A stretch of 64,000 nt of DNA, taken from Zygnema circumcarinatum SAG 698-1b (Eukaryota; Plantae; Zygnematophyceae). The stretch spans positions 744,001 through 808,000 of the forward strand of contig CM074810.1 of assembly GCA_037447605.1 (NCBI GenBank), read 5' to 3'. The first letter of the stretch is position 1; each line of letters opens with the position of its first letter. The notes under the pieces were generated by a model. That model searched no databases, was not told the origin of the DNA, and saw nothing but the letters and a program-made list of their open reading frames with translations. The translations under genes were made by a program, and so were the position numbers. This document shows positions 11,663-24,743 of this stretch, piece by piece.

Positions 11663-11980
11663 ATGTCAATGTCAATGTCAATGTCAATGTCAATGTCAAT
11701 GTCAATGTCAATGTCAATGTCAATGTCAATGTCAATGTCAATGTCAATGTCAATGTCAATGTCAATGTCAATGTCAATGTCAATGTCAATGTCAATGTCA
11801 ATGTCAATGTCAATGTCAATGTCAATGTCAATGTCAATGTCAATGTCAATGTCAATGTCAATGTCAATGTCAATGTCAATGTCAATGTCAATGTCAATGT
11901 CAATGTCAATGTCAATGTCAATGTCAATGTCAATGTCAATGTCAATGTCAATGTCAATGTCAATGTCAATGTCAATGTCA
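11663..11980. repeat. Perfect hexanucleotide microsatellite (ATGTCA)x53
   Basis: 318 bp of uninterrupted repeat; source of the MSMS/VNVN/IDID/TLTL ORFs in the track. Confidence 0.98.
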
Positions 11981-12926
11981 AGTTTGTCCATTCGAGAAAA
12001 CCAACAACGCCCAACTTTGAGACTTGTTGCGCCGCTTCTTACCACCCCCCTGCTTCCATTTTCATGCCATGACCTGCATCTCCACTTTTGACTGGTGAAG
12101 GCGATTTCTGCGACGGGATCCTCCACCGTGAACTGCATGGAACGGCCACTTTGACCTCATCGTCGCGAGGGGAACAAACCACGATCTATGGGGTCCGTGG
12201 ATATGTTAGTGGTGGCATATAACAGACTTGGTTAGACTAGTGGCTTGGCTGAAGGTGGCTGAAATGTACGCTCACGAAAGCCGTTTCTTACCATTCATGG
12301 GTAGTCCGTTGTTGTGACAAACATAGAACATGCCTTATTGGAAATTACCGTTTATGCCATTACAAGTTGTTGGTTTGAGTTGGAGTATGAAATGAAGTGT
12401 TGGGAGAAGACATTTTGAGAGGGAGAAGAGAGGAGAGAGGGGAGACAGGAGAGGAGAGAGTGAGGAGAGAGCGCAAGCAATAACTACAACAAACATCCGG
12501 AAGGTTAAGAAAAAATTAAAAACCATGTCAAGTTGTGCACATGGGCACAGATGCATGTTCTCAAAGGATGACGGCTCAAGCCTCACTCTCGCACTTCTCT
12601 CGCTATTCCCTATCCCTACACTCGCCGTCATCCTAACGAGAATATGACCTGAATTATGCATGCAAGCACGGAAGTGGAAAAGCTTCCTCTCCTCTCTGCC
12701 TTTACAAACTACGTTTTCCCTTTCTGAAGCTGCCGAGTCACTGCATCTAAAAGCCTATCTATCTCTTCTCCTATCCAACCGAGCCGCTTAAGAAAACAGG
12801 TCCGTAGCCACATATTCACACGCTTCCAAAGAAGACTTCAGCAGAACTTTTCAAAAACGAACACCTTGCATCCTCTCCCTCCCTCCCTCCCTCTCCCTTC
12901 CCTCCTGTACTTCACATTATCTCTCT

Positions 12927-15529
12927 TCACTGAGAAGATATTTTTGGTGTTCTTGGGGTGGTAGGCATAGCAGTGGGAGATGAAGCCGGAGCTCGAGGTC
13001 GAGGGCGGAAGGATCGAACTCTTGACCTCACCTTAGAACGAACATGGAGACATGTCCAACTAGCTCTACCCATGTGCACATAATCTCCAAAACTATCAAA
13101 AGAATCTTCCCACGCACTCGACCCCACATCAATAGGAAGTCCCAACTTCAAGTGTAAGCGAGGCAGCCCGCAGCCCTGCATGACTTGGTTTGAGTCTTTC
13201 TGAGTTCCCTTACTATGGATAAGAGTAGAAATATCGTGTTTCCAGTGCTGCGAAAGAACACCCTTCTTTGCCTCAACGATGATCTTTCCGCTCGTAGAAT
13301 TTTCATGATCGTTCCCTATCTGCTCCGGAGAGGATGCTCCGGTAGAGAGAGGCACTACCACTCTCCGTGGGAGAGTGAGGTGAGGGAGGTTCAGACATGT
13401 CTCCATGAACCGCTCCGTCTGCGTCTGCTTCTCGGACGAATGAGATCGTTTGGGAGCTTCTATAGGTTCCTTTTTCTGCCATTCTTCACTCGCTTCGTGC
13501 TTTTGCAGCTCCTTTACTTGATTGTACAGCATCTCTTCGAAGATATCCGTCACTTCTGAAGGTGCAGTTTCTGAATCTACCTGCTCCGCAACCTCCTCAT
13601 TTTCTGCACTAACATCATCAACAAGAGGCTTCGCGATATCGTCTGCTTCCGGACGTCTATCTCCTGTTACCTCATTTCCAGGTGTAATACCTGCATCCCC
13701 TGCACCTGCAACACTATTCCTGACATCATCGACAGATACGGTTTCCAACGTCACCGATGTAGAGACTGAGTCATCTCCGCCTCCCACTCCCACTCCCACT
13801 TTCTCTCCCACCTCATCTCCAGCCCCAGAAACCGCACTTCCATTCGCTTCCGCAGCCTCCATAGCAAAAGTCTGCATCAAATCAGCACATTGCAGTGACA
13901 CGCTCAGAACTCGCCCAAAATAACCATCCAAAACACCCACCTCCACTTTCTCCAGACCAAAGAAACTGCTTGAAACCCACTTCAACTTTCATTCACCCTA
14001 ATAAATAAAGCGCTTACCTCATTACGAAGCCGCATCCATTCCGTTCTAAGAGCCCCTCTCGGGCGCTCTTCAATCCATGACTTCTTCCTCCTCACACCAT
14101 GAGACGAGGTCTTCCGCCTCCATCCCTCTCCCCTCCTCTCCATTAACTCCTCCTCCATCAACCCCCCCATCCGAATACCTTCTGTCATACATCTCCTATA
14201 CGCCCTTGACATGAACTCGTCCTCATCTCCATCCATCCGTCCCTCTCCCTCTCCCTCACCCTCCCCCTCTCCCTCTTCTTCTCCCTCTCCCTCTCCCTCA
14301 CCCTCTCTCTCTCCTTCTCCCTCTCCATTTCTCCCTGAAGCCAAATCCCCTTCCTTTAACTGAACCTCGCGCCTAAATCTACTCCCAATTCCGGGACTCT
14401 CGCCCACCTCCCGCTCCTCCGCCTTCGTTTCCTCCCTGCCCCGGAAAACCCAACCCATATTTTTCCTAGGAATCGCCTCATTTCCTAGCTGTAATCGCCC
14501 ATACGGGTTCACCACAGGCTGCTCTAGCCCCAACCCATAGTCCATACAATCCGCTAACGATTTGATGGACGATCTTGGACCCAATTCACCCTCCTGTCCT
14601 CCTCCCCCGCTCCCACATTCGGCCCTCCCTGCATATAACCCCGCTCTCGCACACCGCTGCTCCCGCGACATGCCCACCCATTGCATCCGTAACCGCCCCA
14701 TCCCTCCCTCTCTCGCCCCATCTCCCTCTCGCTCCATATCCTCTCCCATCCCACCCACACTGCCACGTGTCGCAAACTCCTCCTCTGACCCCGACTCGTC
14801 GCTGGAGACCGCTGCACTCGACTCCCCGAGAGCCGTCGGCGGCCATGGCCGCCCCGCGGGAGCAGAAGAGAGAGAAAGGGAGGGAGCGTGAGAGAGAGGG
14901 AGAGAGCCCTCTCCTCCTCTGCGAGGAACAGGAGGGGCCCCTGCCCCTCTCCTCCTCTTCTGCTTCGACGCAGTCCAAACGCTGCTCACTGCAGCCCCGT
15001 CCGTACGTTCCCTAGACCCTTCCGAGCCAGGGGAACTGCCAGCTGGCGCGCTTGTATTGGGCTGCTGCTGACGCAGCGCAGACCCAAGAGGCCACGTGGC
15101 AGGCTGCCGCGCCGCCGCGCGGCTCCCCCTCCGTAGCTTCCTGCCTCCCTGCTGGGCCTCCCCTGAGGAGCCATGGCTCCGCCTGAAGCCGAGCCACGCG
15201 AAGCGGCTCTGGGAGGAGGACGCGCCTCCCTCTTCGCAGTGGTTCCCGTAAAGGTCCCGCGCGGATCCATGGCTGCCGCCTTCGTGGGGCTCAGGGTGAT
15301 CCGCCTCCTTCCCGCCATTCCCGGCCATGGCTTCCATGGCGGAGGAGGAGGAGGCGGCGGGGGCGGGCGGCGCCGAGCGCGTGCTGTGCTCGGGACTGCC
15401 CCCGTCGGGCGACCACGCGGCGTAGGAGGAGGGCAGGTCCAGCGGGAGGCTGCGCGTCGTGTGGTACCGCTCCAACCGCTTGCCTCGCTCCTTCCCGCCT
15501 CTCTCCCGCTCTCTGTGCGCCCCGCCCAT
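12927..15529 (-). CDS. Orphan low-complexity protein C, two exons (15529-14018, 13871-12927)
   Basis: The two long track ORFs join through a 146-bp phase-0 intron (GAG|GTAAGC ... TGCAG|ACT), giving ...WMRLRNE|TFAMEAAE.... Carries TTRSLPLDLP...WSPDGGSP, VWTASKQ, KQTQT and LHLKL motifs. Confidence 0.7.
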
Positions 15530-17104
15530 GGCCTAACCCTAATTCTGTCCCCGTCTTGCTCCTGACTCCCTTCCGCCCCTCGGCGTTCTGTCTCCTATCT
15601 TTGGGTCCTCCCTCTCCCCCTCCCTCTCTTCCTCTCCCTCTCCCTCTCCCTCTCCCTCTCCCTCTCCCTCTCCCTCTCCCTCTCCCTCTCCCTCCCTCTC
15701 CCTCCCTCCCCCCCCCCGCCCTCTCTCCTCACGCCACGTGTGCCGCCTCGCCAGACGGCGCCGCTCCCTCCCTGCGGCGCCAGTTGGCCCCCGTCCGTCC
15801 GTACACCCCAAGGCTCCCCGTACATCCACGGCCATCCAGCTGGCGCCAGAAAGGCATTCGTACGACTGTACGAACCCGCGATCCGGGCACCGACACTCCA
15901 GCTGGCATACCGAGCCGATTGGCGGATCCAGCGGACGCCCGGATCGGGCCTGGATCTGGGACGCAACGCAACGTGACGTGACAGTTGACCGCTTTGACCT
16001 GCGTTGACAGGTCCGCCCCCCCGAATAGCGCGGAGGTGAAAAGGAAGCAAGGATCAATATTGGAAATTATTTATAGTTATGTCCGTACATGAATCAGATG
16101 AAAAAAATACGCTTCACCAATTGGATGTCGACAAGTGGCATTTAGAATAAAAATTGCGAGAGTGACCGTATTGTGGATCAAGGTTTTTCAATTTTTGCCC
16201 GTCAGTCGGTCAGCCGCCTACCGCGGCGTCCGCCCGCCGGTCGTCGCCGGCCAAACCGGCCGGTTTCCTGACGGCCGGCACTTCCGCCGGCCGCCCGCCG
16301 AAGGCGCCGCCGTACGGTCCCACTCCGTGAACCTGCCTAGCGCCGCTTGACAGCCCGGATGGCCCTACGCGACAAACCGTACTGTCACTCGCACGTGCCG
16401 CCAGCCAATCGACGTCAAGGACCGTTGCCGCATTCAAAATTTTAGCCACATGGCGGCATTTCATTGGATTAACTTTGAAGAGTACGGACGGAGTGGATCT
16501 CGAGGCGACAGTCGGCAGTTTGGCCCGGCCCTCCGATTGGCGCCAGCTGGCAGGGTGGCGGGGCGCGGGGGCAAGAATAATACGACAAATGTGAGGTACA
16601 CGTGGCGAACGATTTGACATTCAGCACGTGACTCCGCACGTGCGGGGAGGCACCGTATGGCGGATGCGACAAAATTGGGCGTAGCTCTCGAGGGCGTCAA
16701 CGGTTCGGAGTCGCAAAACTGGACACGTGGCAAATGCCGATCGCGTCGCGACGTACGGACGGTTTGTGGGTTTGCGGGTTTGCAAGTTGTTTTTGGATTG
16801 TAGTGGGTTTTGGTTTTACGCGGGTTTGGAGGCATGTGCGCATGCTCTCATGAGTGCCCGTTTGTTTGTTTGGGTGGAGACAGTCGAGGAATGGGGCCAT
16901 GCATGGGGAACATGCATGCATCAATGCATGTGATGATGGTGGGTGGGCTCACTGCATGCATGGACATGCATAATATGGACATGGACATGGACATGCATAG
17001 TCATGGACTTATCACGAAAACATGAAGGATGCAATGCCATGGAGTGAAATCTCAAGAGAGAGGCGCCGTCGTGGTCATGTTGGTCATGTTTGGACCAATA
17101 TTCA

Positions 17105-20100
17105 TTACTCCAAAAGGGAAACATTGAACAGCCGAACCGAATGGTCCGCGCTGCATGAAGCCAACTGATACCTTGTGCCCTCCCACCCCTCTCCACCATT
17201 TTCTCGCTTACAAAGGCCTTCAAGAGGAGGCCCAATTCTCCACCTAAGCCTATGCACTGCTGCCACGTGGCATGCAAAGCTATCCACAGCTCCAACCAAA
17301 CGCATTTCAACAGTCACGTCTCTCTCGCATCTCTCTCCCACATCCTCACCTCTCTCCCTCTTTCCCTCTCCCTCCTTTCCCAATTCACCCCCTCCTCTCC
17401 CTTCGCTGCTACCCCTCCCCTCCTGCTCTGAGCTTCCATGAACATCGAGTCTCCTGTTGCCATCCACCGACACTCCCAACATGAACTCTCCGTCGTCTCT
17501 ATGTGCATCTCCGTCTTCGACATATTCCGTTCCCTCATCCGTACACATTTCCACCCTTTCCATCATGGTAACAACCCTCTCATCCACCCTCGCCTGCCAA
17601 ATCTCAATGGCCCCATCCTCCATTCCCACCGCCAAAAGGTGCGTGTCGGTGGAAGGCGACCACGCGACAGCTGTCACACTACTTCGGAATGACAACGTTG
17701 AGCACAACCTGACGTCAGCACCACCGTCACCGTTCAAGCAAACCTGCCAAACTTTCACCTGCTCAAAAAAAAAGCACAAAACGTTTCACGAATCAGAGAT
17801 TGGTTTCGGATCCATATACTGATGATATACATAACAGTACAGTACTCTAATTGCGTTGCAAAATTTTGCTGGCCTCACCGTCTTGTCACGTGATCCGGTG
17901 GCGAAGATCTTGCCACGTGGCGCCCAGCTGGCGGCCCACACGATACGCTTGTGCGCCTCCATCCTCACAGCGAGCGAATAGGACGGCACTCGCCCTGCAT
18001 GCATGAACATCAATGACAATGGAACACCCTAATTTTCTCCATTGAAATGAAATCTCATGCACATGCAGAATACCAAACGGTGAGGTCACATGCACATGCA
18101 GATGCAATGCAAGGATGCGTGACGCGTGTCACAGGGGCTGCTCACCGTCTTCGTGACAAGTCTGCCTCTGCCAGAGCGACAAGTGGCGGTCGCGGGAGAC
18201 TGTGAGGAGGAAGGCGTCATCTGGGGAAAACTCCATCTGAGTCACAGTCAGCGTGTGGGACCGCAGCTGAGCTGTCGGGTGCCACGTGGCAGTGTCCCAA
18301 AGCCACACGTCAGCAACAGATGCTGCCTGTGCCTGCACAGCGATGCCACGCAAAACGAAGGCATCAATCAGCCGTGTGAGCACAGTGCAATGTGAGGGGA
18401 AGTTTCCATGGAGGGCCCGTTCGATGACATTGGCCAATCTGGGGCTGCCACCTGTGCATAATTGCTGAGGTGGAGAGCTGTGATTGCACAGGGCATCCAC
18501 GGTGGCATTTCAGCCTAAACTTATTCCGCGACCCGACCACTTCCCAGAACAATGTCGGCTGCATGCATGCCTTGCCTCGAACGGCGGCCACGTGCGATGT
18601 CTATGCGCCCAACAGAACCGAACGGCGGCGCCAGCAGCAGCACGGGATACCTCTCCACAGTTCCGTAGAACTGCGAACGGGTTTCCAACAGCGAACGGGC
18701 TACGATCCTTGGGCCGTACGGCGGAGTCCCAAGCCGCCCACCGATACCCGCCAGATCTCCTCCGGTCCGTAACATTGCGCCGTACCGTACGGTACGGATC
18801 ACAATACGGAAGTCCCATAGTAAGTCGACACGTGGCACGTTCCGCCGCCGCGCGTCGCTAAATTCCGGCAATGCGGCACCGCCAGCTGGCCGCCCACAGC
18901 CAGCTGGCGGCGCTAGGAGCCAAGTGTCACGGAACGGCGGTGCCGTACACGCCACGTACTACGGACAAAACAACCTCGGACCGTAATTACTGTTACAAAA
19001 GACGACAAAATTGACATTGGCGTTGACAAACCTTCCAAACGTTTCCAAAATCCAAGAGGAAATCCAAGCTTTGAAATGCATCTAGACCGTTCAAAATTCG
19101 GCATTTTGAAGATCGACGGCCAGGGTCCGCCACGTGGCAAAAAAAATGACGACGTCCCTAAAACTGGGACTGTACGGATCTGCCACATGGCGGACTGACA
19201 GCCGTTGCTCGGAGCAACCATTGACAAGATTTTAGCGTCGCAGATACGACAAACGAACGTCGTCCCAAACACGTCCCTTGTCCCTTGTCTTCCTCGGCAC
19301 CGACATCCGTACGGACCATCGGGCCAAAAATAGCGGGTTTCAAATTCAATTACCAGAAACCTAGAAACGTATTTTCAATTTTAGACCCTTTCAGTTGCCA
19401 GCCAAACGACGAGTTGCCAACCAGAAACCACAAACCGAAAACTGGAAACCACAAAGTGAAAACCACAAACCACAAACCACAAACCCGGTTTGTCTGCCCG
19501 CCCGGCCGCCCACCTTGCTGGCAGTTGCGAGGAGCCGCCCCCCACGAGCGGGCGCCGCGGCCCAGAGCTCGTTCCCGTGTCCGTACAGTTTGTGCGCCTC
19601 CGGCCAAAGCGTGCTCTGCGCGAGGGCCTCCTCCAGGGGAGGCGAGGAGAGGGCGCGGGGAGGTGGGGCCGCCGCCTCCATGCCGTCAGTTAGGGCGGGG
19701 CCCGTTGCAACAGGGTCAACGGCCGACTGCTGCATGGAGCCTGGACCCATCGAGGGACCACGCTGTCAGTGGGTTGACAACAACCACAACAACAACAACA
19801 ACGGCTATATTTTCTAGTGTTGGGTTTCACATTAGACCAAGTTTCTGTGTTGAAATTTCATCACTGTTCAAATTCGACCCACAAGTGAGTGAGCACACCC
19901 CTCACCAGTAGTGGCGTAAATCGGCTTCTGCGACAGCCCAAGCGCCGACATGTTGGCTCCGAGAATCTCAACAACGGGCGACCCGCCGTCGATCCCCAAC
20001 GGAACGGCCGCTTTTCCGTCACATGTGAACGCAAGCGTTTCCAGAAAGGTCGACGGCGCCTCGAAGACACGTGCCACTTTCTCCTCCGCCCCGCTGACGC

Positions 20101-21646
20101 AGCGGTGGGGCCCACCGCCGCGCAAAAATGCCACGCAGTTAATGTCGTGGCCGTGCACTTGCGGCCGCGCGATTTCATGCCACGATGGAGGGAGAGCTGC
20201 TGACGTGGACGACGTCTCCTTCCAATCCCAACACGCGATGACACGTGTCGTCTGCAGAGCAGAGCAGAGCAGGAGAGACGAGGGAGAAACAGAAGCAGCA
20301 GGCACATTTTTTCAGCACTGATTTTTCAAACCAGTTGAAGGCTGGCTAATACTTCAAAAAATTGCTAACCTTCAAGAGGCGGCCCACTGTCATGTCTAAA
20401 AACCCTAAAAACCCTAAAACCCTAGACCCTCAGGGTGGAGAAGAGCCTGCCCCAAATGCAAAAAACCATGACATCGTTTCTTCCAAACCCTAAAACATGA
20501 AAGTTTCCCTTCAAATCCTCACCTGATCGTGGCTCCCACTCAGTAAAAAGTGTCCCGTTTTGTCCCAATCCACATCCGTAACTGCTCCGCTGTGCCCCGA
20601 CGGAACGGTGGCCGGTCTCCACTCACAGCTGAATTCTCCCTCTTCCTCCGTCGCCACAAACCGCCACATGTGCAGCGATCCTCCGTATCCGTTAGCAAGG
20701 ATCGCATCTCCCAACGGACTCCAAACTCCGCCATAGAACCCGAGAGAGGTATGAACGAGCTCTCCCACACTGACCTCATTCACCCAAAGCCCTGACTTCT
20801 CGGCTCGCCAAATCATCATAGATCGGTCCATGGATGCTGACAGTAAGCACATAGGCTGCCTGAGACCTCCTCCCACCTCCCTCCCTCCCTCTCCCTCTCC
20901 TGCTTCTGCAGCTAGTAAAGGAGGGTGCCACCTCACTGACAATGCCCAGTCTTCATGACCAACCAGCAGCGACTCTAGCGATGTTTGCCAGACCTGACCC
21001 CCCACCCTAAATTTCGCCCCTTTCGAATACAAATCAAGTTTTGGCTCCGTTCTGAAAGGCTCAGTGGCCACTTCCCCACCCCCCCCTTCCTGCAAGTGAA
21101 GCTTCCAGATTCGAATGTTCCGATCCTGGGAAGCAGAAGCTACGAAGAGCTTGGCCCCATTGGTCACATTATCGCCGCTTTCAAGGTTTGAAGTCAAATT
21201 CGTTTCATCGGATACGTCCGGAAGAAGGAGGGCGGAGCAATCCAGGGACCGAATCCAGTCCTGATGCCCTTTCAGCACGCACGCTTTCACAAACTGAAAA
21301 GCCCAAAAACCCATGAAAAAAAAGCGGTGGAAACAAAGAAAAAAAACACTCAATTTCAGATCTCGGAAGATTGAATCGAAATGTGTAGAAATTTCGGGAT
21401 GTAATGTAATGTAGGGATTGGATGAGAGAGAATGGCTGGCAACGGACCGAAGAAGTGGGTGATGCAGCGGTGTATAGATGCACAGCGCTGTCCAGACCTC
21501 CCAGGGCAAGGAGCATGGCAGGCTGGGAAGCTTCCGGGGAGCTTCCCTCCCAAGGTCCCAATGGAGCCATAGCTGCCGCCTGCATGCAGTACGAGCCAAC
21601 AGGAAGGCTCTGCTGCAGCTTTGCTTCATACTGCCCTGCTTCACCA

Positions 21647-21692
<46 letters not shown>

Positions 21693-23017
21693 TGGGATTG
21701 AAAGTGATGGGAAGGCAAGCCGTAGGAAAGCCGTGAAAACAGAATCAGAGTATGATGAAACAGGACTGGGATTCGTTCCCTTTTTCAGAGTCCACAAAAC
21801 CGTGATGTGAGTGGCAAGAATGGAGGCGGCACCTTCTGCGGCAGGCGGCATCTGCACCGTCCATAGACCCACTGTGCCATCCGCAGAACACGTGGCAACA
21901 AGTCCGGAACGGAACGGCAGGAGACATGTAGCGATGCAGAGAATGGCCCGTGCATGTGCGGATGGCAAGTGCACAGCTCGCGACCACTGCAGGAGACGGA
22001 AAACAACCATGTGAGAATGAGCTTGGTTAAAGTCAGAAAATAAAGAATGCGAAGAGTAGAGGGGGAGAGAGGGGACAGGGAGACAGAGAGAGAGAGAGAG
22101 AGAGAGAGAACACAGGGATAAGCCGCAGGATGCACCTTCCCGGAAGCTGCAAGAGACCACACAATCAGGCCTCCATCTGCGCTGCCGGAAAGCAGCACAT
22201 CTTCAATAGGTTCAGTTAATCCTGGCACATGAACAACAGAAAAGCATTAAAATTACAAGCATTGACAAGTTTCCTTTCCTCTCCAAAGCGTGTCAGTTGG
22301 ACCTCTCGTGCAGTTATCCGCCGCTTTTTACCAAACTCTTGAACTTATAGGAGCATATTCTCAGCACATAAAACTCAGAAAGTAAGCCAAATAGAAGCTG
22401 ACAGTTGGCACCTTCTGCGAGATTTTGATGTCGAGGTAGCCACTCCACACAGTTGACGCGATCTCCATGACCGGGAAGGGTAGCGACTATGCGAGCAGTC
22501 TGCGCAGAAATTAACTAGTTTAAAATTTTTGCTATATTTTTATTTGTGACTAATTTGTTGGCTAAGCAAAAAACATGTACAAGCCAACGAAAAAACCGAG
22601 CATGCCCAATTTATGGTTCTTACTAATTAAGTAAAAGCTTGTTGTCAAGGAGTTTAGTCAATAAAGAGGGCTGGAAATATTCAACAACGTTTATCGATAT
22701 GTAAGAGGTTGATAGGGTTTCCATTGCCATTTGGCCAACAATTCATCCGTGACTAACCATGAAAATGGATGAGGAAATTTGTAATGTCATGAGAAACCCA
22801 TTTAAAGGGCGTTAAGAATGAATAATAAAAAAAAAAATGAATGCAAATGCGTTAAGCTCACATTAGGGTCACATATTGCGACGAAATTGTGAGCTGCGAA
22901 AGCAACAAAATTGGAGCGGCCCCATGCAGCCGCATGCACGATGCGATTGCATCCCACTCCGACGTATGCAGGTTCCACAGAAACCCTAACGCCGCCGGCC
23001 TCTATTGGAGCGCCCAT
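17105..23017 (-). CDS. ELP2: Elongator complex protein 2 (WD40 double beta-propeller)
   Basis: Multi-exon. Diagnostic segments [128 protein letters not shown]. Confidence 0.97.
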
Positions 23018-23115
23018 GGCGGCGCTGCCTGTGGATGATAGTGAGCGCTTAAACTCCTGATGAATGCAGATATGAGCCGATGCCTGACAGCCTGCTCCCT
23101 CCTAAAGCCGCAAGG

Positions 23116-23270
23116 AAACCCTAACCCTAACCCTAACCCTAATCCTAATTCTGAGGCTGGCTTCCATGGAGCTCTAAACTTCAGCCCTAAAACTAACCCT
23201 ACTCCTAACCCTAACCCTAATCCTGAGACTGGCTTCCATGGAGCTCTACAGCCCTAACCCTAACCCTAAT
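23116..23270. repeat. Interstitial telomere-like (CCCTAA)n with telo-box and a duplicated unit, upstream of ELP2
   Basis: AAACCCTAA plus four perfect CCCTAA at 23119-23142; two copies of gag[g/a]ctggcttccatggagctcta interspersed with further CCCTAA units. Confidence 0.85.
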
Positions 23271-24119
23271 CTTCACCGGACGCACTTTCAAGCAGGCGGT
23301 CCATGTGAGCCGTCACATGCCGTATATCGCAGTTACGTTTTTTGACTGCAACTGTAACTGTCATGTGAACGTAACACAACGATCATTCCAAACTTCAATC
23401 TCTCCTCGTGTGAACGGGAAAAGACTCATATCGGATTCGGTATCAATATTATATCGAAGTATATCGTGCATCGGATATCTGCTGGTCAACGAAAGTCAAC
23501 AAAAGAGGACCTCCGGGAATCTCGTAACCGATTTCGTACCCAGTCCTGCGTTACGGGAACATATTTTGTCGGGAAGGGCAGATATGACAACTGTACATTT
23601 TTGTCTTTTGCGCCATGTCTACAAAACAGACCAAATCTGATTCGTTTGACAGCCTGGCAGTCAGATAACTTCCGCTGAAAATACCAGGACTTTTTATCGT
23701 CTAGTGACGTCGGATATTCTGCACCGAATCTGATTTCAAATCTGAAGTTTATCCAATCATTTAAACCTTGTCTTTTCAAACCACCAAATCTGCATTACCA
23801 ATCGGACACAAGCCTCAAAAAGCGCTTTCAAAAACGACAAATCCCTCTGATGCCCCCAGCATCACGGTTTGACCACGATCCTTTCGTACAACTGTTCGTA
23901 CATGCAAATCCGTACGCCCTGCCCCGCCCGCCCGGAAGGGTCCAGGCCCGTTCCCTATAAACACCCGCGGGCCGCCGGAGGCTCACCAGGTCCGGGCTTT
24001 AGCAGGCGGGGTTCAGAAGTCGCCGGGCTTAGGGAGCCTCGCTTCAAGAGAGGGAGAGAGAGAGCCTCGCTTCGAGAAAGAGAGAGAGAGAGAGAAAGAG
24101 AAAGGGAAAGAGAGAGAGG

Positions 24120-24743
24120 ATGTGGGCGGCGAAGGAGAGGACGAAGGGCCGCTCTTGGGACGACGGGCAGGGCGCCACGTGGCACCCTGCCGGGAAGCCA
24201 ACGATGCGACAGGTGGCGCCCGGCCCGCTCGTGCGGACGCAGTCGCTGGACATGGAGCGGAGCCATGGACCGCCCGCGACGGAGACGGAGCCCTTCGACT
24301 TGGCGCACTTCCGGCGGCGGCTGGCGGCCGTGCGGAAGGGCGGGGGGCTGAACGCGGGGTCTCCCTTGCGGCCGCGGGGACAGCTGCCGGCAAACGGGGC
24401 GAGGGATTGGAGGACGGAGGAGGCCATGGATAAGGAAGGGAGGGAGAGGGAGAGGGAGAAGGGTTTCGGGCTTAAGACGCATCGTCTTCGAAACGTTTCC
24501 TATGATAGCCATACGCCAAGTTTGGAGAAAGCGGGAGGTGCGCAGCAAGGCGGTCCTTTCAGAGGTCCAGTGAAAGGAGAGCAGGAAAAATCAAAAGTCG
24601 GCGCCATGCAGAAGCATGCGCAGCAGCCGAATCCTACGACGGAACATCCAAGTCCGAGACTGCGGCGGGAGACGTCAAGATTTGTCGTCCTCTTCGCAAG
24701 GAGTTGGGAGGCGAAGGTCGAATCGGCCTCCTCCAAAAACTAG
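24120..24743 (+). CDS. Orphan protein D (207 aa) carrying FDLAHFRRRLA and PLVRTQS motifs
   Basis: Single ORF with TATAAA at 23956 and a GA-rich leader; motifs shared with proteins A and F. Confidence 0.62.
   Translation: MWAAKERTKGRSWDDGQGATWHPAGKPTMRQVAPGPLVRTQSLDMERSHGPPATETEPFDLAHFRRRLAAVRKGGGLNAGSPLRPRGQLPANGARDWRTEEAMDKEGREREREKGFGLKTHRLRNVSYDSHTPSLEKAGGAQQGGPFRGPVKGEQEKSKVGAMQKHAQQPNPTTEHPSPRLRRETSRFVVLFARSWEAKVESASSKN

Noticed and set aside
11150-12138. Long MS/VN/ID/TL dipeptide ORFs
   Set aside because: Produced by the (ATGTCA)n microsatellite, which lacks stops in five frames; it has no spacers, so it is not CRISPR either
13982-13985. 4-bp stop/start overlap of two ORFs suggesting operon-like coupling
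   Set aside because: The second ORF starts at TTG; a canonical in-frame intron explains both as one eukaryotic gene
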